From positions 33,706 to 97,705 of the forward strand of contig JBCCXZ010000007.1 of the NCBI GenBank assembly GCA_039190745.1: 64,000 nt of DNA. Direction: 5' to 3'. Within the stretch, counting starts at the first letter, position 1, and each line of letters opens with the position of its first letter. Under the pieces are notes generated by a model. That model made no database searches, was not told where the DNA came from, and saw only the letters and a list, made by a program, of their open reading frames with translations. Below, in pieces: positions 48,028-57,514 of this stretch. This DNA is from Planctomycetota bacterium (GTDB taxonomy: Bacteria; Planctomycetota; Planctomycetia; Pirellulales; Lacipirellulaceae). A program made the translations under genes and the position numbers.

Positions 48028-49374
48028 CTAGTCCTGGGCGTTGGCGTCGCTGGTAGTGCGCACCGAGTCGCCAGTGGGACGATAGAACAGCGCCACCGGC
48101 AGCATGATCAGCGAGGTCACCAGGAAGATCACCGACCTGGGGCCGCCGGTGGCGTCGAGCGTCACAACACACGCCTTGTAGACTAGCGCGCCGAGGATGA
48201 TGCCCACCCAGGTGCACTGGTTCATCAACGCGATCATCCGCCCCTTTTCCTCCCTGGGCGGCAGCGATTGCAGCGCCACCTGGATCGGCACAATAAAGAT
48301 GCCTGTGAAGATGCCCAGCAGCACCAGCACCGGCACGCTGCCCGGGTAGCCCAGTAGGTGCCGGTTCTCGCCGCCGGGCAGCGCCATCACGATCAGAGTC
48401 GTGCAGATGCCGATCGACCCGGTCCGTACGACGCCCGAGCTGATCGTACCTTTCGAGAGGAACCCCCCCAGCACGCAGCCGATCGCCAAGCCTAGGCCGA
48501 TCGAAGCGGCCATGATGCTGGTGGGCCCCTCGCCAAGCCCCAGCTGCGTCTTCCCCAGTGCGTTCACGCCCTGCTGGACGATGCCGCCGATCATCCAAAA
48601 CATACTGCACACGATCAACGCGCCCAACAAAGCCCGGTCCTTCCGCAGCAGGCTCACCATCTCGCCCGAGACGCCAGCCATCTTCCAGTCGAACCGCATG
48701 TCTGGCGCCGCAACGGGGACCCGGCGGATCAGCGTCGACGAGAGCGTCCCGACAACCGCAATGGCTACGCACACAATCGAAGCCAGCCAAACCTTGGACC
48801 CCAACGCCTCCAGCAGCAACCCCGCCACGGCGGTCCCGAAGATGATCGCCAAGAACGTGAACATCAAGAACACGCCGTTCGCCCGCGGCAGGTCGCCGTC
48901 GCGGAGCATCTCCGGCAGGATCCCGTACTTGGCCGGCCCGAAGAACGCGCTCTGCAAACCCATCAAGAACAGCACGCACAGCATGCCGGAGAAGCCGATC
49001 ACGTCGTAGTAGTAGAAGCCGGCCAGCCCGAGCAGCATCACGCAGATCTCGCCGACCTTCGACGCGACGATCACCGTTCGCTTGCTCAGCTTGTCTGCCA
49101 CGTAGCCGGCCGTCCCCGAGAAGAGCAGGAACGCGCTAGCGAAAATCACCATCGCCTCGCCCTGCAAGTCCCGGGCCTCCTCGCCCGCGGCGATGGCCGC
49201 GGCCGTCGGCGTCGCCAGCAGCAGCATCAGCTGCTTGAAGACGTTATCGTTGAACGCCCCCAAGAACTGGGTAACGTTCGCCCCCCAAAAACTGGAATCC
49301 CGCATCAGCGGGGGGAGCTGGCTGTGATCGACGTCGCCCGCGTGGACAGCGTCAGCGTCGTCGGTGCTGGTCAT
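48028..49374 (-). CDS. MFS transporter (LplT/Aas-associated type)
   Basis: TQFLGAFNDNVFK, G.VADK.SKR, QSAFFGPAKYGILPE; about 12 TMs. Confidence 0.88.
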   Translation of the reverse strand: MTSTDDADAVHAGDVDHSQLPPLMRDSSFWGANVTQFLGAFNDNVFKQLMLLLATPTAAAIAAGEEARDLQGEAMVIFASAFLLFSGTAGYVADKLSKRTVIVASKVGEICVMLLGLAGFYYYDVIGFSGMLCVLFLMGLQSAFFGPAKYGILPEMLRDGDLPRANGVFLMFTFLAIIFGTAVAGLLLEALGSKVWLASIVCVAIAVVGTLSSTLIRRVPVAAPDMRFDWKMAGVSGEMVSLLRKDRALLGALIVCSMFWMIGGIVQQGVNALGKTQLGLGEGPTSIMAASIGLGLAIGCVLGGFLSKGTISSGVVRTGSIGICTTLIVMALPGGENRHLLGYPGSVPVLVLLGIFTGIFIVPIQVALQSLPPREEKGRMIALMNQCTWVGIILGALVYKACVVTLDATGGPRSVIFLVTSLIMLPVALFYRPTGDSVRTTSDANAQD

Positions 49375-49422
49375 AGGGCGGATTATGGGCTTCCCCCCAG
49401 ACCGCCACAAGAGAAGCCCGCT

Positions 49423-49806
49423 TCAGAGCCGCTCGAACCCGCCCGCCTTGCCGCGGATCTTGGCGAGCACCTCCGGCAGCGGGTACTCGATAATCGGCAG
49501 ATCGCTCCCGGCAACCTCTCGCAGGCGGCGCCACCCGGCCGTCACCAACCGCTCTTGCTTCTCGACGAACGCCGGGTCGAGCGTCCGCTTGTCGAAGTCG
49601 CCCTCCAGCACCACCGGCTCGAACCCCGGGTCGACGATGTACTGCGCCACCGCGGGGTCGCAGCGGATGTGCCGCTCCGGAGAGGTGTGCAGCACCTCGG
49701 GGTCAACCATCCCGATGACGTACCGCAGGTAGAGATCGCTCTCGACGATGCTCGCCACGTCCTCGCCGCACACGTCGCAGAAGTAGCCTTCGTCGCACTT
49801 GGCCAT
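49423..49806 (-). CDS. Conserved hypothetical protein with Cys/His putative metal site
   Basis: MAKCDEGYFCDVCG...ERHIRC; co-oriented within the thrC-dapB-MFS run. Confidence 0.7.
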   Translation of the reverse strand: MAKCDEGYFCDVCGEDVASIVESDLYLRYVIGMVDPEVLHTSPERHIRCDPAVAQYIVDPGFEPVVLEGDFDKRTLDPAFVEKQERLVTAGWRRLREVAGSDLPIIEYPLPEVLAKIRGKAGGFERL

Positions 49807-49814
49807 TGGGAGAG

Positions 49815-49845
49815 GTCAGTGGTCCGTAGTCAGTTGTCAGTAGTC
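49815..49845 (+). repeat. Heptamer tandem repeats GTCAGTN
   Basis: gtcagtg gtccgta gtcagtt gtcagta gtc. Confidence 0.65.
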
Positions 49846-49873
49846 GAACCGTGGGTGGAACCCGGTATCAAAA

Positions 49874-50662
49874 CTACAGGCCTAGCACATCAGCCATGCC
49901 GTACACGCCCGGCATCTGTTTGACGACCCACGCCGCCGCCTGCAGGGCGCCCAGCGCGTAGCAGTCGCGGCCCGACGCGGCGACCTTCAGCTCGATCGTC
50001 TCGCCCAGCATGCCGAACACAATCGTGTGCTCGCCCGGGTTGTCGCCGGTGCGCACCGCGTGGTAGCCAACCTCGTTGTCAGAGCGGACGCCGGTCTTGC
50101 CGTGCCGGCCGTGCGTTTGGTTCTCAAGGCCCATCGCATTGGCGACGATTTCCCCGAACCGCAGCGCTGTGCCGCTGGGGGCGTCCTCTTTGAACCGGTG
50201 GTGCCGCTCGATAATCTCTACGTCCGCCCCGCCGGGCACGCCGCGGAGCGCCTTGCCCGCCGTCTCGGCGAGTTTCATCACCATGTTCACCGCCGGGCTC
50301 ATGCTGGGGGCCCACACCAGCGGGACCGTCGCCCCCGCCGCCTCGATCGCCGCCCGCTGCTCTGCGTCGAACCCAGTCGTCGCCAGCACCAGCGGGGTCT
50401 TGTCCGCTACGCAGGCGGCAACCGCCGCTGACGCCGGCTCGGGCAGCGAGAAGTCGACGACTACCTCCGCATCGGCGAAACCCGCTCCGCTGATCTGTAC
50501 GCCCAAAGCGTCCACGCCGGCGAGCGTCCCCGCGTCTTTGCCCAAGTCGCGCGAACTGGGTGAATCAACCGCCGCCACGATCTCAAACCGCGGGTCCGAC
50601 GCGGCGAGCGCAGTCACCCGCCGCCCCATCCGCCCCGCAGCGCCGTGTATCGCAAGCTTCAT
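49874..50662 (-). CDS. dapB: 4-hydroxy-tetrahydrodipicolinate reductase
   Basis: GAAGRMG, VDFS, TTG, EIIERHHRFKEDAPSGTA. Confidence 0.97.
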   Translation of the reverse strand: MKLAIHGAAGRMGRRVTALAASDPRFEIVAAVDSPSSRDLGKDAGTLAGVDALGVQISGAGFADAEVVVDFSLPEPASAAVAACVADKTPLVLATTGFDAEQRAAIEAAGATVPLVWAPSMSPAVNMVMKLAETAGKALRGVPGGADVEIIERHHRFKEDAPSGTALRFGEIVANAMGLENQTHGRHGKTGVRSDNEVGYHAVRTGDNPGEHTIVFGMLGETIELKVAASGRDCYALGALQAAAWVVKQMPGVYGMADVLGL

Positions 50663-50686
50663 GCTTGGCCTCAGCGGGGCGGGGGG

Positions 50687-52102
50687 TTAGCTGTTGAGCT
50701 GGATCGCCTGCACGATCGCGTCCAACTCGTTCACCACCGCCACCGCCCGGTTAGCGAACTCGGCCCGCGACACGCCCCGGGCGCCCAGCACGCGGTTGAA
50801 CTCGTCCTGGTCGGTCGTGTGGTAAGCAACCGTCGCGGTCGGGTCCTTGAGCTGGTGCCCGGTGAGCACACAGACAACGCGGTCGGAAGGAGCAATGACA
50901 CCCTGCTCGCGGAGCATCTTCGCCCCGGCAACGCTCGCGGCGCTCGCCGGCTCGCAGCCCAGCCCGCTGGCGCCGACCTGCGCCTTGGCGTCCAAAATCT
51001 GCTGGTCAGAAACCTCCCGCACCACGCCCTCACAGCACTCCAGCGCCCGGACGCACTTCATCAGGTTCACCGGGCGGTTGATCTCGATGGCGCTGGCGAT
51101 GGTATCCGCCTTGGCCGCGGCCTCATCCAGCTCGGCATAGTAGCCGTCCAGAATCGACATGTCAGGCCGCCCGCCGTTCCAGCGGAAGCCGCGGTTCTCG
51201 TACAACTCGTGCAGGGTGTTGGCGCCCGCCGCGTTGATCACCGCCAGCCGCGGCTTGCGGTCGATCAGACCCAGCTTGTGCAGCTCGTGGAAGGCCTTGC
51301 CGAACGAGCTGCTGTTGCCCAGATTGCCGCCCGGCACCACGATCCAGTCGGGCACTTCCCAGTTGAGGCTCTCCAGCACCCGCAGCATGATCGTCTTCTG
51401 GCCCTCGAGCCGGAACGGGTTCACACTGTTCACCAGGTAGATGCCCAGCTTCTGGCTCACCTGCCGCACGCGGTGCATCGCGTCGTCGAAGTCTCCCGCG
51501 ATCTGGATCGTCAGCGCCCCGTAGTCGAGCGCCTGAGACAACTTGCCGTAGGAGATTTTGCCCGACCCGATGAAGATCACCGCCTTCATCAGCTTGCTCA
51601 CCCCGCAGTAGAGCGCAAGCGAGGCGCTCGTGTTGCCGGTCGATGCACAAGCGGCCCGCTTGGCGCCAATGGTGTGGGCGTGCGTGAACGCGGCGGTCAT
51701 GCCGTTGTCTTTGAAGCTGCCCGAGGGGTTCATCCCCTCGTACTGCAGGTGCAGGTTGCCGTGATCGACCCGCACGTAGTCGGCCACGCCGTTGCATTGG
51801 TGCAGCAGGGTCTGCCCCTCGCCGATGGTCACGACGCGGTCGGCGGGCGCGAACGGCAGCAGCTCGTGGAACCGCCACACGCCGCTCTTGGGCAGCGGTT
51901 CGTTGCGGCGCGACCACTTCGACTCGAAGTACCGCAGCGAGTTTGGCGGCTCCAGCCGGTCCCAGTCGTAAGTCACGTCCAGGAGGCTGCCGCAATCGGG
52001 GCACGCCGTCAGCACCTGGCCCACATCGAACGTGGCGCCGCACGATTTCTCGATGCACTTCTGGTAGGCGAGATCGGTGGTGGTGCTGACCGTGGCGGCC
52101 AA
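50687..52102 (-). CDS. thrC: Threonine synthase (start uncertain, TTG 52102 or GTG 52150)
   Basis: N-terminal zinc ribbon, [53 protein letters not shown]. Confidence 0.95.
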   Translation of the reverse strand: MAATVSTTTDLAYQKCIEKSCGATFDVGQVLTACPDCGSLLDVTYDWDRLEPPNSLRYFESKWSRRNEPLPKSGVWRFHELLPFAPADRVVTIGEGQTLLHQCNGVADYVRVDHGNLHLQYEGMNPSGSFKDNGMTAAFTHAHTIGAKRAACASTGNTSASLALYCGVSKLMKAVIFIGSGKISYGKLSQALDYGALTIQIAGDFDDAMHRVRQVSQKLGIYLVNSVNPFRLEGQKTIMLRVLESLNWEVPDWIVVPGGNLGNSSSFGKAFHELHKLGLIDRKPRLAVINAAGANTLHELYENRGFRWNGGRPDMSILDGYYAELDEAAAKADTIASAIEINRPVNLMKCVRALECCEGVVREVSDQQILDAKAQVGASGLGCEPASAASVAGAKMLREQGVIAPSDRVVCVLTGHQLKDPTATVAYHTTDQDEFNRVLGARGVSRAEFANRAVAVVNELDAIVQAIQLNS

Positions 52103-52513
52103 GGCAAGTCTCCCAGCAACCCGGCGGCGACAGGCCCCGCCGGGCGGCACTAAGAATAACGCTCACAAAGAGTTATTCGCAAAACTTTACTTACGCGATC
52201 TTAGCCCGACCGCCGCTGTCGAGCAATCGACGGTTGCCGCTCAACGCCAAGCCCGCGGCAGGCCAAAGCCTCCTGGAGGTAGGCCGCGTAATGGGGACTT
52301 CGGGGATCGTGTACACCGCTCCATGCCCAACTCGATCCCCCCAACCGGAGCAATGGCCGGCCTTGAACCGGGCTTCGCCGGAACCTTCTTGGACACTATC
52401 CCGACAAAAGCCCGGCCCCCGGGATCGGTTCGGCTACTCGACGACCCGAGCCGCCTCGACACAAAGCGTTGCAGTAAAACGCCTTATATGTGAGCTGCCC
52501 AGCCCGGATACGT

Positions 52514-52542
52514 TTGACGTTCACGGGCGCCGGATTTACGAT
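52514..52542 (+). promoter_or_regulatory. Sigma-70-like promoter of the TraR/DksA-lspA unit
   Basis: TTGACG-N17-TACGAT. Confidence 0.6.
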
Positions 52543-52603
52543 GAAGAGTCTACCGGCACGTACTAGGCCCGGGTAGAGAGAAGAGGGACCTGAGGAGACC
52601 GAG

Positions 52604-52969
52604 ATGAAGAAGGCCGATACGCGTGTTTACAAAGACCGGTTGCTCGACCTGCGGGCGAGGCTCCGAGGCGATGTCTCTTCGATGGCAGACAGTGCTTTGA
52701 GGAAGTCCGGGCTAGAGGGCGGCGATGTCTCCAGCATGCCGATCCACATGGCCGAGTTGGGCAGCGAGAACTTCGAGCAGGAGTTCACCCTCAGCCTGAT
52801 GGCTACCGAGGAGCAAACCCTCGAAATGATCGAGAAGGCGCTGGAACGCATCGAGGATGGAGTCTTCGGCCTATGTGTCGAGTGCGGGAGCGTAATCCCG
52901 AAGACGCGGCTCAACGCGATCCCGTTCACGCCTCTCTGCGTCCGCTGTGCAGCGGCAAAAGACGCTTAG
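52604..52969 (+). CDS. TraR/DksA C4 zinc-finger family protein
   Basis: Coiled coil, ALERIEDG.FG.CVECG..IP..RL.AIP...LCVRC; tip motif HMAELGS instead of DxxDxA. Confidence 0.9.
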   Translation: MKKADTRVYKDRLLDLRARLRGDVSSMADSALRKSGLEGGDVSSMPIHMAELGSENFEQEFTLSLMATEEQTLEMIEKALERIEDGVFGLCVECGSVIPKTRLNAIPFTPLCVRCAAAKDA

Positions 52970-53018
52970 GCGCCGACTGGGCCTTTGAACGGCATCAGAA
53001 ACAAAGCCCAACCAGCTG

Positions 53019-53054
53019 CAAAACCTGACCTAAGGACAAAACCTGACCTAAGGA
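53019..53054 (+). repeat. Perfect 18-bp tandem duplication overlapping the lspA ribosome-binding site
   Basis: CAAAACCTGACCTAAGGA at 53019-53036 and 53037-53054. Confidence 0.9.
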
Positions 53055-53060
53055 GAGGTC

Positions 53061-53693
53061 GTGCCGGAATCCGCAAATCCGACGGTCGATCGGCCGCCGG
53101 TTACTGGGCCGCCGCTCAATGTGCAGCCGGTCGGTCGGCTACCCGTGAGCCGGTACCTCGTCTTCCTCTCCGTAGCAACGCTTGGCTGCGCTGCCGACCT
53201 CCTCACGAAGCAAGCGGTCTTCGACCACCCGCAGCTCTTCCGCGGCAGCGAGTGGTGGCTCTGGCAAGGGCGCCTTGGCATTCAGAAAAGCCTCAACGAG
53301 GGCGCGCTGTTCGGCATGGGTCAGGGCAAGGTCTGGCTCTTCGCGGCGTTCTCGTTCGCGGCGATGATAGGCATCCCCATCTGGCTTTTTCTTTTCAAGG
53401 CCGCGTCTCACCGCGGCCTCAACATCACCCTGGGGTGCGTGATGGGCGGCGTCCTCGGAAACCTCTACGACCGCCTGGGAATGCACGGCATGGACTGGGG
53501 CCAGTACCAGCCCTCACGAGCCGGTGAACGCATTTACGCCGTCCGCGACTGGATCCTCGTCCAGTGGAACCCCGATTGGGTGTGGCCGAACTTCAACATC
53601 GCAGATGCGTTGCTAGTTGCCGGCTCAATCTTGTTGGTGTGGATCTCCACGAGCGAAGGGGCGCCCTTTGGGCAAGCCCCAAACAACTCATAG
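53061..53693 (+). CDS. lspA: Lipoprotein signal peptidase II
   Basis: DLLTK, NEGALFG, GGVLGNLYDR, VRDWI, WPNFNIAD. Confidence 0.95.
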   Translation: MPESANPTVDRPPVTGPPLNVQPVGRLPVSRYLVFLSVATLGCAADLLTKQAVFDHPQLFRGSEWWLWQGRLGIQKSLNEGALFGMGQGKVWLFAAFSFAAMIGIPIWLFLFKAASHRGLNITLGCVMGGVLGNLYDRLGMHGMDWGQYQPSRAGERIYAVRDWILVQWNPDWVWPNFNIADALLVAGSILLVWISTSEGAPFGQAPNNS

Positions 53694-54205
53694 TCCCACG
53701 CCAGATCGCGAACGGTCTCGACCGGCTGAACACAAGACCGTCTCTCAAAGAACAGTGTTGACAACAACCGTCTGTCTAAGACGGTTTCTCAACCAAGCGG
53801 CAAGACTTGACGATGTCTAAAGTGGGAGCAATTGAATTTAGGCCGCTCACATTACCGAACATCGCCAAGGAAGTAGCTCGGAATGCAGTTGCGGGAACTA
53901 CTCTAAAGACCCGCGACAGGACGATAAAAAAAGCAAACAACGAACAAACCAAATAACGAACAAGTGTGTATTGAACGATGGCGGCTTGGATGAAAAACCC
54001 CAGCTCCTCGGAACCGAGGATAGATCGATCGATAGTTTTGGGGTTGTCGATGCATAGGTTTTATCTCTAACACTCGCAACTCTCTTGACTCTCACCTCAG
54101 CTAATCGAAACTAGCTAAGCCTCAATCCATGAGTGAAGCTCCCTAGTGGTTGCTTAAGCTAATCTGCTCGGTCCTTGAGAGATGCAGACGCATCTGGAGG
54201 GCGAT

Positions 54206-54682
54206 GTGAGGGTATCGAGAGCCGTCAGCTATGCCATCAGTGCACTGCTCCAACTGGAGAGTTTGAAAGTCAACGGCCCCGTGCCCTGCAGCCGAATCGC
54301 GCTGCAAGGCGACATGCCCGAGCGGTTCCTGCTCCAGGTCCTCCGCAGCCTTGTGAACGCGGGCTACCTAACCTCGACGCGCGGAGTCGAAGGCGGCTAC
54401 GCACTGGTTTCTAAGCTGGAAGAGCTAACCGTCCTCGACATCATCGAGGCGGTCGACGGCCCCATCTCAGCGGAACTCCCTGACGCCGGAGGGTTGAATG
54501 AGACCGCAAAGCAGAAGCTGCGCGTCCTCCAGGAGGAGGCCACCGACGCAACCAAGAAACTCGCGTCCGAGGTCACGCTGCGTTCCCTCGCACAGACCCC
54601 TCCATCCGCCAACCCACCGATACCGCACACAGACTTCGGCTCGTTCGAGTCCCCAAGCGACTCGGTCAAGCCGTCTTCGTAG
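54206..54682 (+). CDS. Rrf2 family transcriptional regulator lacking the Fe-S Cys triad
   Basis: YAI.ALL.L, PERFLLQVLRSL..AG...STRGVEGGY.L, TVLDIIEAVDGP; only one Cys; GTG start after GGAGGG. Confidence 0.88.
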   Translation: MRVSRAVSYAISALLQLESLKVNGPVPCSRIALQGDMPERFLLQVLRSLVNAGYLTSTRGVEGGYALVSKLEELTVLDIIEAVDGPISAELPDAGGLNETAKQKLRVLQEEATDATKKLASEVTLRSLAQTPPSANPPIPHTDFGSFESPSDSVKPSS

Positions 54683-54720
54683 GCCGGGCGGCGAACTTTG
54701 AGGCTAAGCCGACGGCAAGA

Positions 54721-55743
54721 TCACTGAGCGGCCGAAGCGGTGCCAAAGGTGCCCGCGGCGATGTGATCCTGCGGCCCCAACAATCGCACGGCCAGCGAGA
54801 ACCCCTCGTCCCACAAGTAGTTCTTCACCAGCCGCAGCTCTGAGAGGCTGTCTTCGTACACCCACGCGACCACAGCCCGCGTCCCGCGGCGGTGCTCCCG
54901 CAGATGAACCGCCAGCGGGCCGCCCGGCAGCAACGCTTGCTCAACAGCCGCCCCCATCTCAGGTGAGGCTGGCAGGAACGTCGCGTGCTGAACCAACTGC
55001 CTCCGGACCGACGCCCCAGCCATCGGGCCGGTGACCCGCCCGCCGGTGCGGGTCAATCGCAGACGCATCCGGTAGCCGTCGATCGGCCCGAACACCTCGA
55101 CCGCCTCGTCGCGAGAACGCAACTGGCGCCCCAGCCTCTCGGTCGCGAACTCGACCTCCGCCGCCAGCTCCTCAAACGGGACCACGGAGACCAACCCGTT
55201 CCGAAGACGCAGGTGGATTGCCGGGCCGTCGATCTTCTTAGCCATCGGCGTGGGGGCAGACTCGATCGTCTCGACTTCGGTTTCCATCGATGCCAACCGC
55301 AGCCGCTCGCGGTCTAACTCGTCCAGCTTGAGATTCAGCTGCAGGATCTCACGCTGCACGTCGTACTCCGACTGCTGCTTGGTGCTCAGCGCGTCACGCC
55401 GGGCCTGCAGGTCTTCCTCCATCAGCTGCTTGTGGATGTTCAGTTCGATCCGCTTTTGGTCGAACGCATCGGCTTCTCGGGCAACCAGATGCACCTTCTT
55501 CCGGACTTCCTGTAGACGGGCGGCCCGCTGGATCATCTGGTGCTTGGCCTCGTCCAAGCGGGCGGAAAGCTCAGTGGCATCGGGCCCGTCGCTGCTCTGC
55601 CGCACTGCCTCGACCACCGCACGCGAGGCCCCGGCCCCGACCACCACCACCAGGATGATCAGGATCCCGACAATGTTCGCCACGATATCCAGGAACGAGT
55701 CCTGGCCAGGCAAACCCTCGGCGCTCTCATCGTCTGGACGCAT
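54721..55743 (-). CDS. Single-pass ExbD/TolR/MotB-like partner with TM Asp, coiled coil and C-terminal globular domain
   Basis: N-terminal QDSFLDIVANIVGILIILVVVVG followed by about 110 aa of heptad-rich helix; overlaps the upstream gene by 17 nt. Confidence 0.75.
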   Translation of the reverse strand: MRPDDESAEGLPGQDSFLDIVANIVGILIILVVVVGAGASRAVVEAVRQSSDGPDATELSARLDEAKHQMIQRAARLQEVRKKVHLVAREADAFDQKRIELNIHKQLMEEDLQARRDALSTKQQSEYDVQREILQLNLKLDELDRERLRLASMETEVETIESAPTPMAKKIDGPAIHLRLRNGLVSVVPFEELAAEVEFATERLGRQLRSRDEAVEVFGPIDGYRMRLRLTRTGGRVTGPMAGASVRRQLVQHATFLPASPEMGAAVEQALLPGGPLAVHLREHRRGTRAVVAWVYEDSLSELRLVKNYLWDEGFSLAVRLLGPQDHIAAGTFGTASAAQ

Positions 55744-57514
55744 CCGACGCCTCCGTTCGCTGTGCCGTCCGGTCCACCCGCACCTCGACGCCGTGGTACT
55801 CGATCAACTTCGTCAGACGGGCTGCGTGCCGCTGTCCCTCCGGCAACACGTCGAGCACGACCACGGGTTTCCAATACAAGCTCTGCCCCGCAAGGCCCCA
55901 GCCCTCCACGCGTTCGTGGATCCAACTCCGCAGCCGCTCCGCGACCTCTTTGTCCGTCCCCAGGACGGAAACGCCCTCGGCGTCGGGCCCTTCGTCGTCC
56001 GGCCCGGCGACGGCTTGTTCTCCGTCCACCACCAGACGGATCACCCGCTGGATCGGCGTTGCCCCGCGTCGACGGCGGCCCGGTGCACCGACGCCCGACC
56101 CCTGCGAGGAACTCTGCCCTTGAGGTGACGAACTCTCCACGGGAGGTCCGGTCGGCGCCGCGGCCCCGACAGCGGCCATCTGCCCCGCGCCGCTCGGCGG
56201 CTCCGGTGCAGACCCGCCCGCCCCGGCAACCGCGTTCGACCGGTTGTCGTCGTACCGCGGCCCAGCAACGCTGCTCTCGGCCAGTTCTTGGTTAGGGTTG
56301 AGATACTCGTCAGGAGTCTCACCGGTCGGAGAGCCCGCACCGTCTCCACCCTCACCCGTCCTGCCCTCTTGTTGCTTCTCGACAAGCTGCCCGTAGCGGA
56401 GCTCTCCGCCCTCCGCCCCATCGACCCCCGACGCCGTCAGCTGGTCGCTCGTGGGAACGCTCCCCTGGCCTCCGGTTTGGTCGGCGAGCCCCGGGCTGTC
56501 GTCCACCATGCTGCCGATCCCTGCCCCCGCGGCTTGTGCCGCCAAGTGGTTGCGGTACCGGCTCGGCGCCGCGTTGACCCGGCTGGCCAAGCGCTCTCGG
56601 GCATTGATCACCGCGTGCTGCTGCGCCTGGGCAAGCCCGCCGTCGGGTTCGACCGGGTAAACCAGCTTCCGCTTCTGCTCCACAAACTCGTAGCCGTAAT
56701 CCGAGTCCCAAGACTGGATCGCGGTCCGCGCCAGATGGTACATCCGGTTGCCCTGCGGACGCACCACCAGCAGCGGGTAGGGGTCCGGAGGCTCGGGCTG
56801 ATTGGCTTGCAGGGCCCTGCGGTTCAGCAAATCCCGAGAGGCTCTCAACGCAGCCGCCAAAGGGTTGCCCGGCCACTGCGGGTCAACCAGATCCGAAGAC
56901 GTGATCCGGACGCCTTCGGGGTGGATGATCAGCTCCTCCGCTAAACACTCCACGTAGATCGGTTGACGCTGCGTGCCATTGGGCCCGGTGTACGGCACAA
57001 TCGCGTATGACTTCTCGCCCACGCCCTGCTCGCGCAGCGTTTCGACCTGCGCCTCGGTCTCGGCGAGGATGTCCCGCAGCCGGTCGCGCGCGGCCTCGGC
57101 CTGCCGCTGGTCGACGCTGGCGTCGTCCTCGGTCTGCTCGAGCTGCTGCGCCGTCAGGGCCAACTCGGCCAGCTCCTTTTCCAGCCGGCGTTGGTGCTCC
57201 TCACTGTGGGCGAGGCGCTCCTTCTCGTGGGCAAGACGCTCCTGGGCCTCCGCAAACAGCGACTCCGCTTGCACCAGCATGGCTTCGGCCGCTTCGAGCT
57301 GCCGGAGCAAATCCTCCGCCAACTCATTATTCGGTTCGGGCTCGGCCGCGACGGACTGTTCAGCCAGCGCACTCTTGCGCGCCTGCTCGGCCATCACCAC
57401 CAGCAACACAAGCAGCCCGCCCATGGTGCACAGCAGCACCGCCAGGAACGGCAGCAGCCCGACGCCGCCCCCCCCATCACCGCCACCGTTGTGCCCCCCC
57501 GAGCGGCGTCTCAT
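55727..57514 (-). CDS. Single-pass ExbD/TolR-like partner without TM Asp; coiled coil, globular domain, low-complexity linker, second globular domain
   Basis: MRRR...GLLPFLAVLLCTMGGLLVLLVV; E/L/A-rich coiled coil; ATGA overlap with the upstream gene. Confidence 0.75.
   Translation of the reverse strand: MRRRSGGHNGGGDGGGGVGLLPFLAVLLCTMGGLLVLLVVMAEQARKSALAEQSVAAEPEPNNELAEDLLRQLEAAEAMLVQAESLFAEAQERLAHEKERLAHSEEHQRRLEKELAELALTAQQLEQTEDDASVDQRQAEAARDRLRDILAETEAQVETLREQGVGEKSYAIVPYTGPNGTQRQPIYVECLAEELIIHPEGVRITSSDLVDPQWPGNPLAAALRASRDLLNRRALQANQPEPPDPYPLLVVRPQGNRMYHLARTAIQSWDSDYGYEFVEQKRKLVYPVEPDGGLAQAQQHAVINARERLASRVNAAPSRYRNHLAAQAAGAGIGSMVDDSPGLADQTGGQGSVPTSDQLTASGVDGAEGGELRYGQLVEKQQEGRTGEGGDGAGSPTGETPDEYLNPNQELAESSVAGPRYDDNRSNAVAGAGGSAPEPPSGAGQMAAVGAAAPTGPPVESSSPQGQSSSQGSGVGAPGRRRRGATPIQRVIRLVVDGEQAVAGPDDEGPDAEGVSVLGTDKEVAERLRSWIHERVEGWGLAGQSLYWKPVVVLDVLPEGQRHAARLTKLIEYHGVEVRVDRTAQRTEASDASRR

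Noticed and set aside
52150..52510. tRNA or amino-acid riboswitch/attenuator in the thrC-dksA divergent spacer
   Set aside because: No cloverleaf, T-box or Thr-rich leader peptide recognised; only a short AATAAC-N11-GTTATT inverted repeat of unclear meaning
53898..54095. 65-aa ORF in the AT-rich spacer
   Set aside because: No RBS, atypical codon use, no motif
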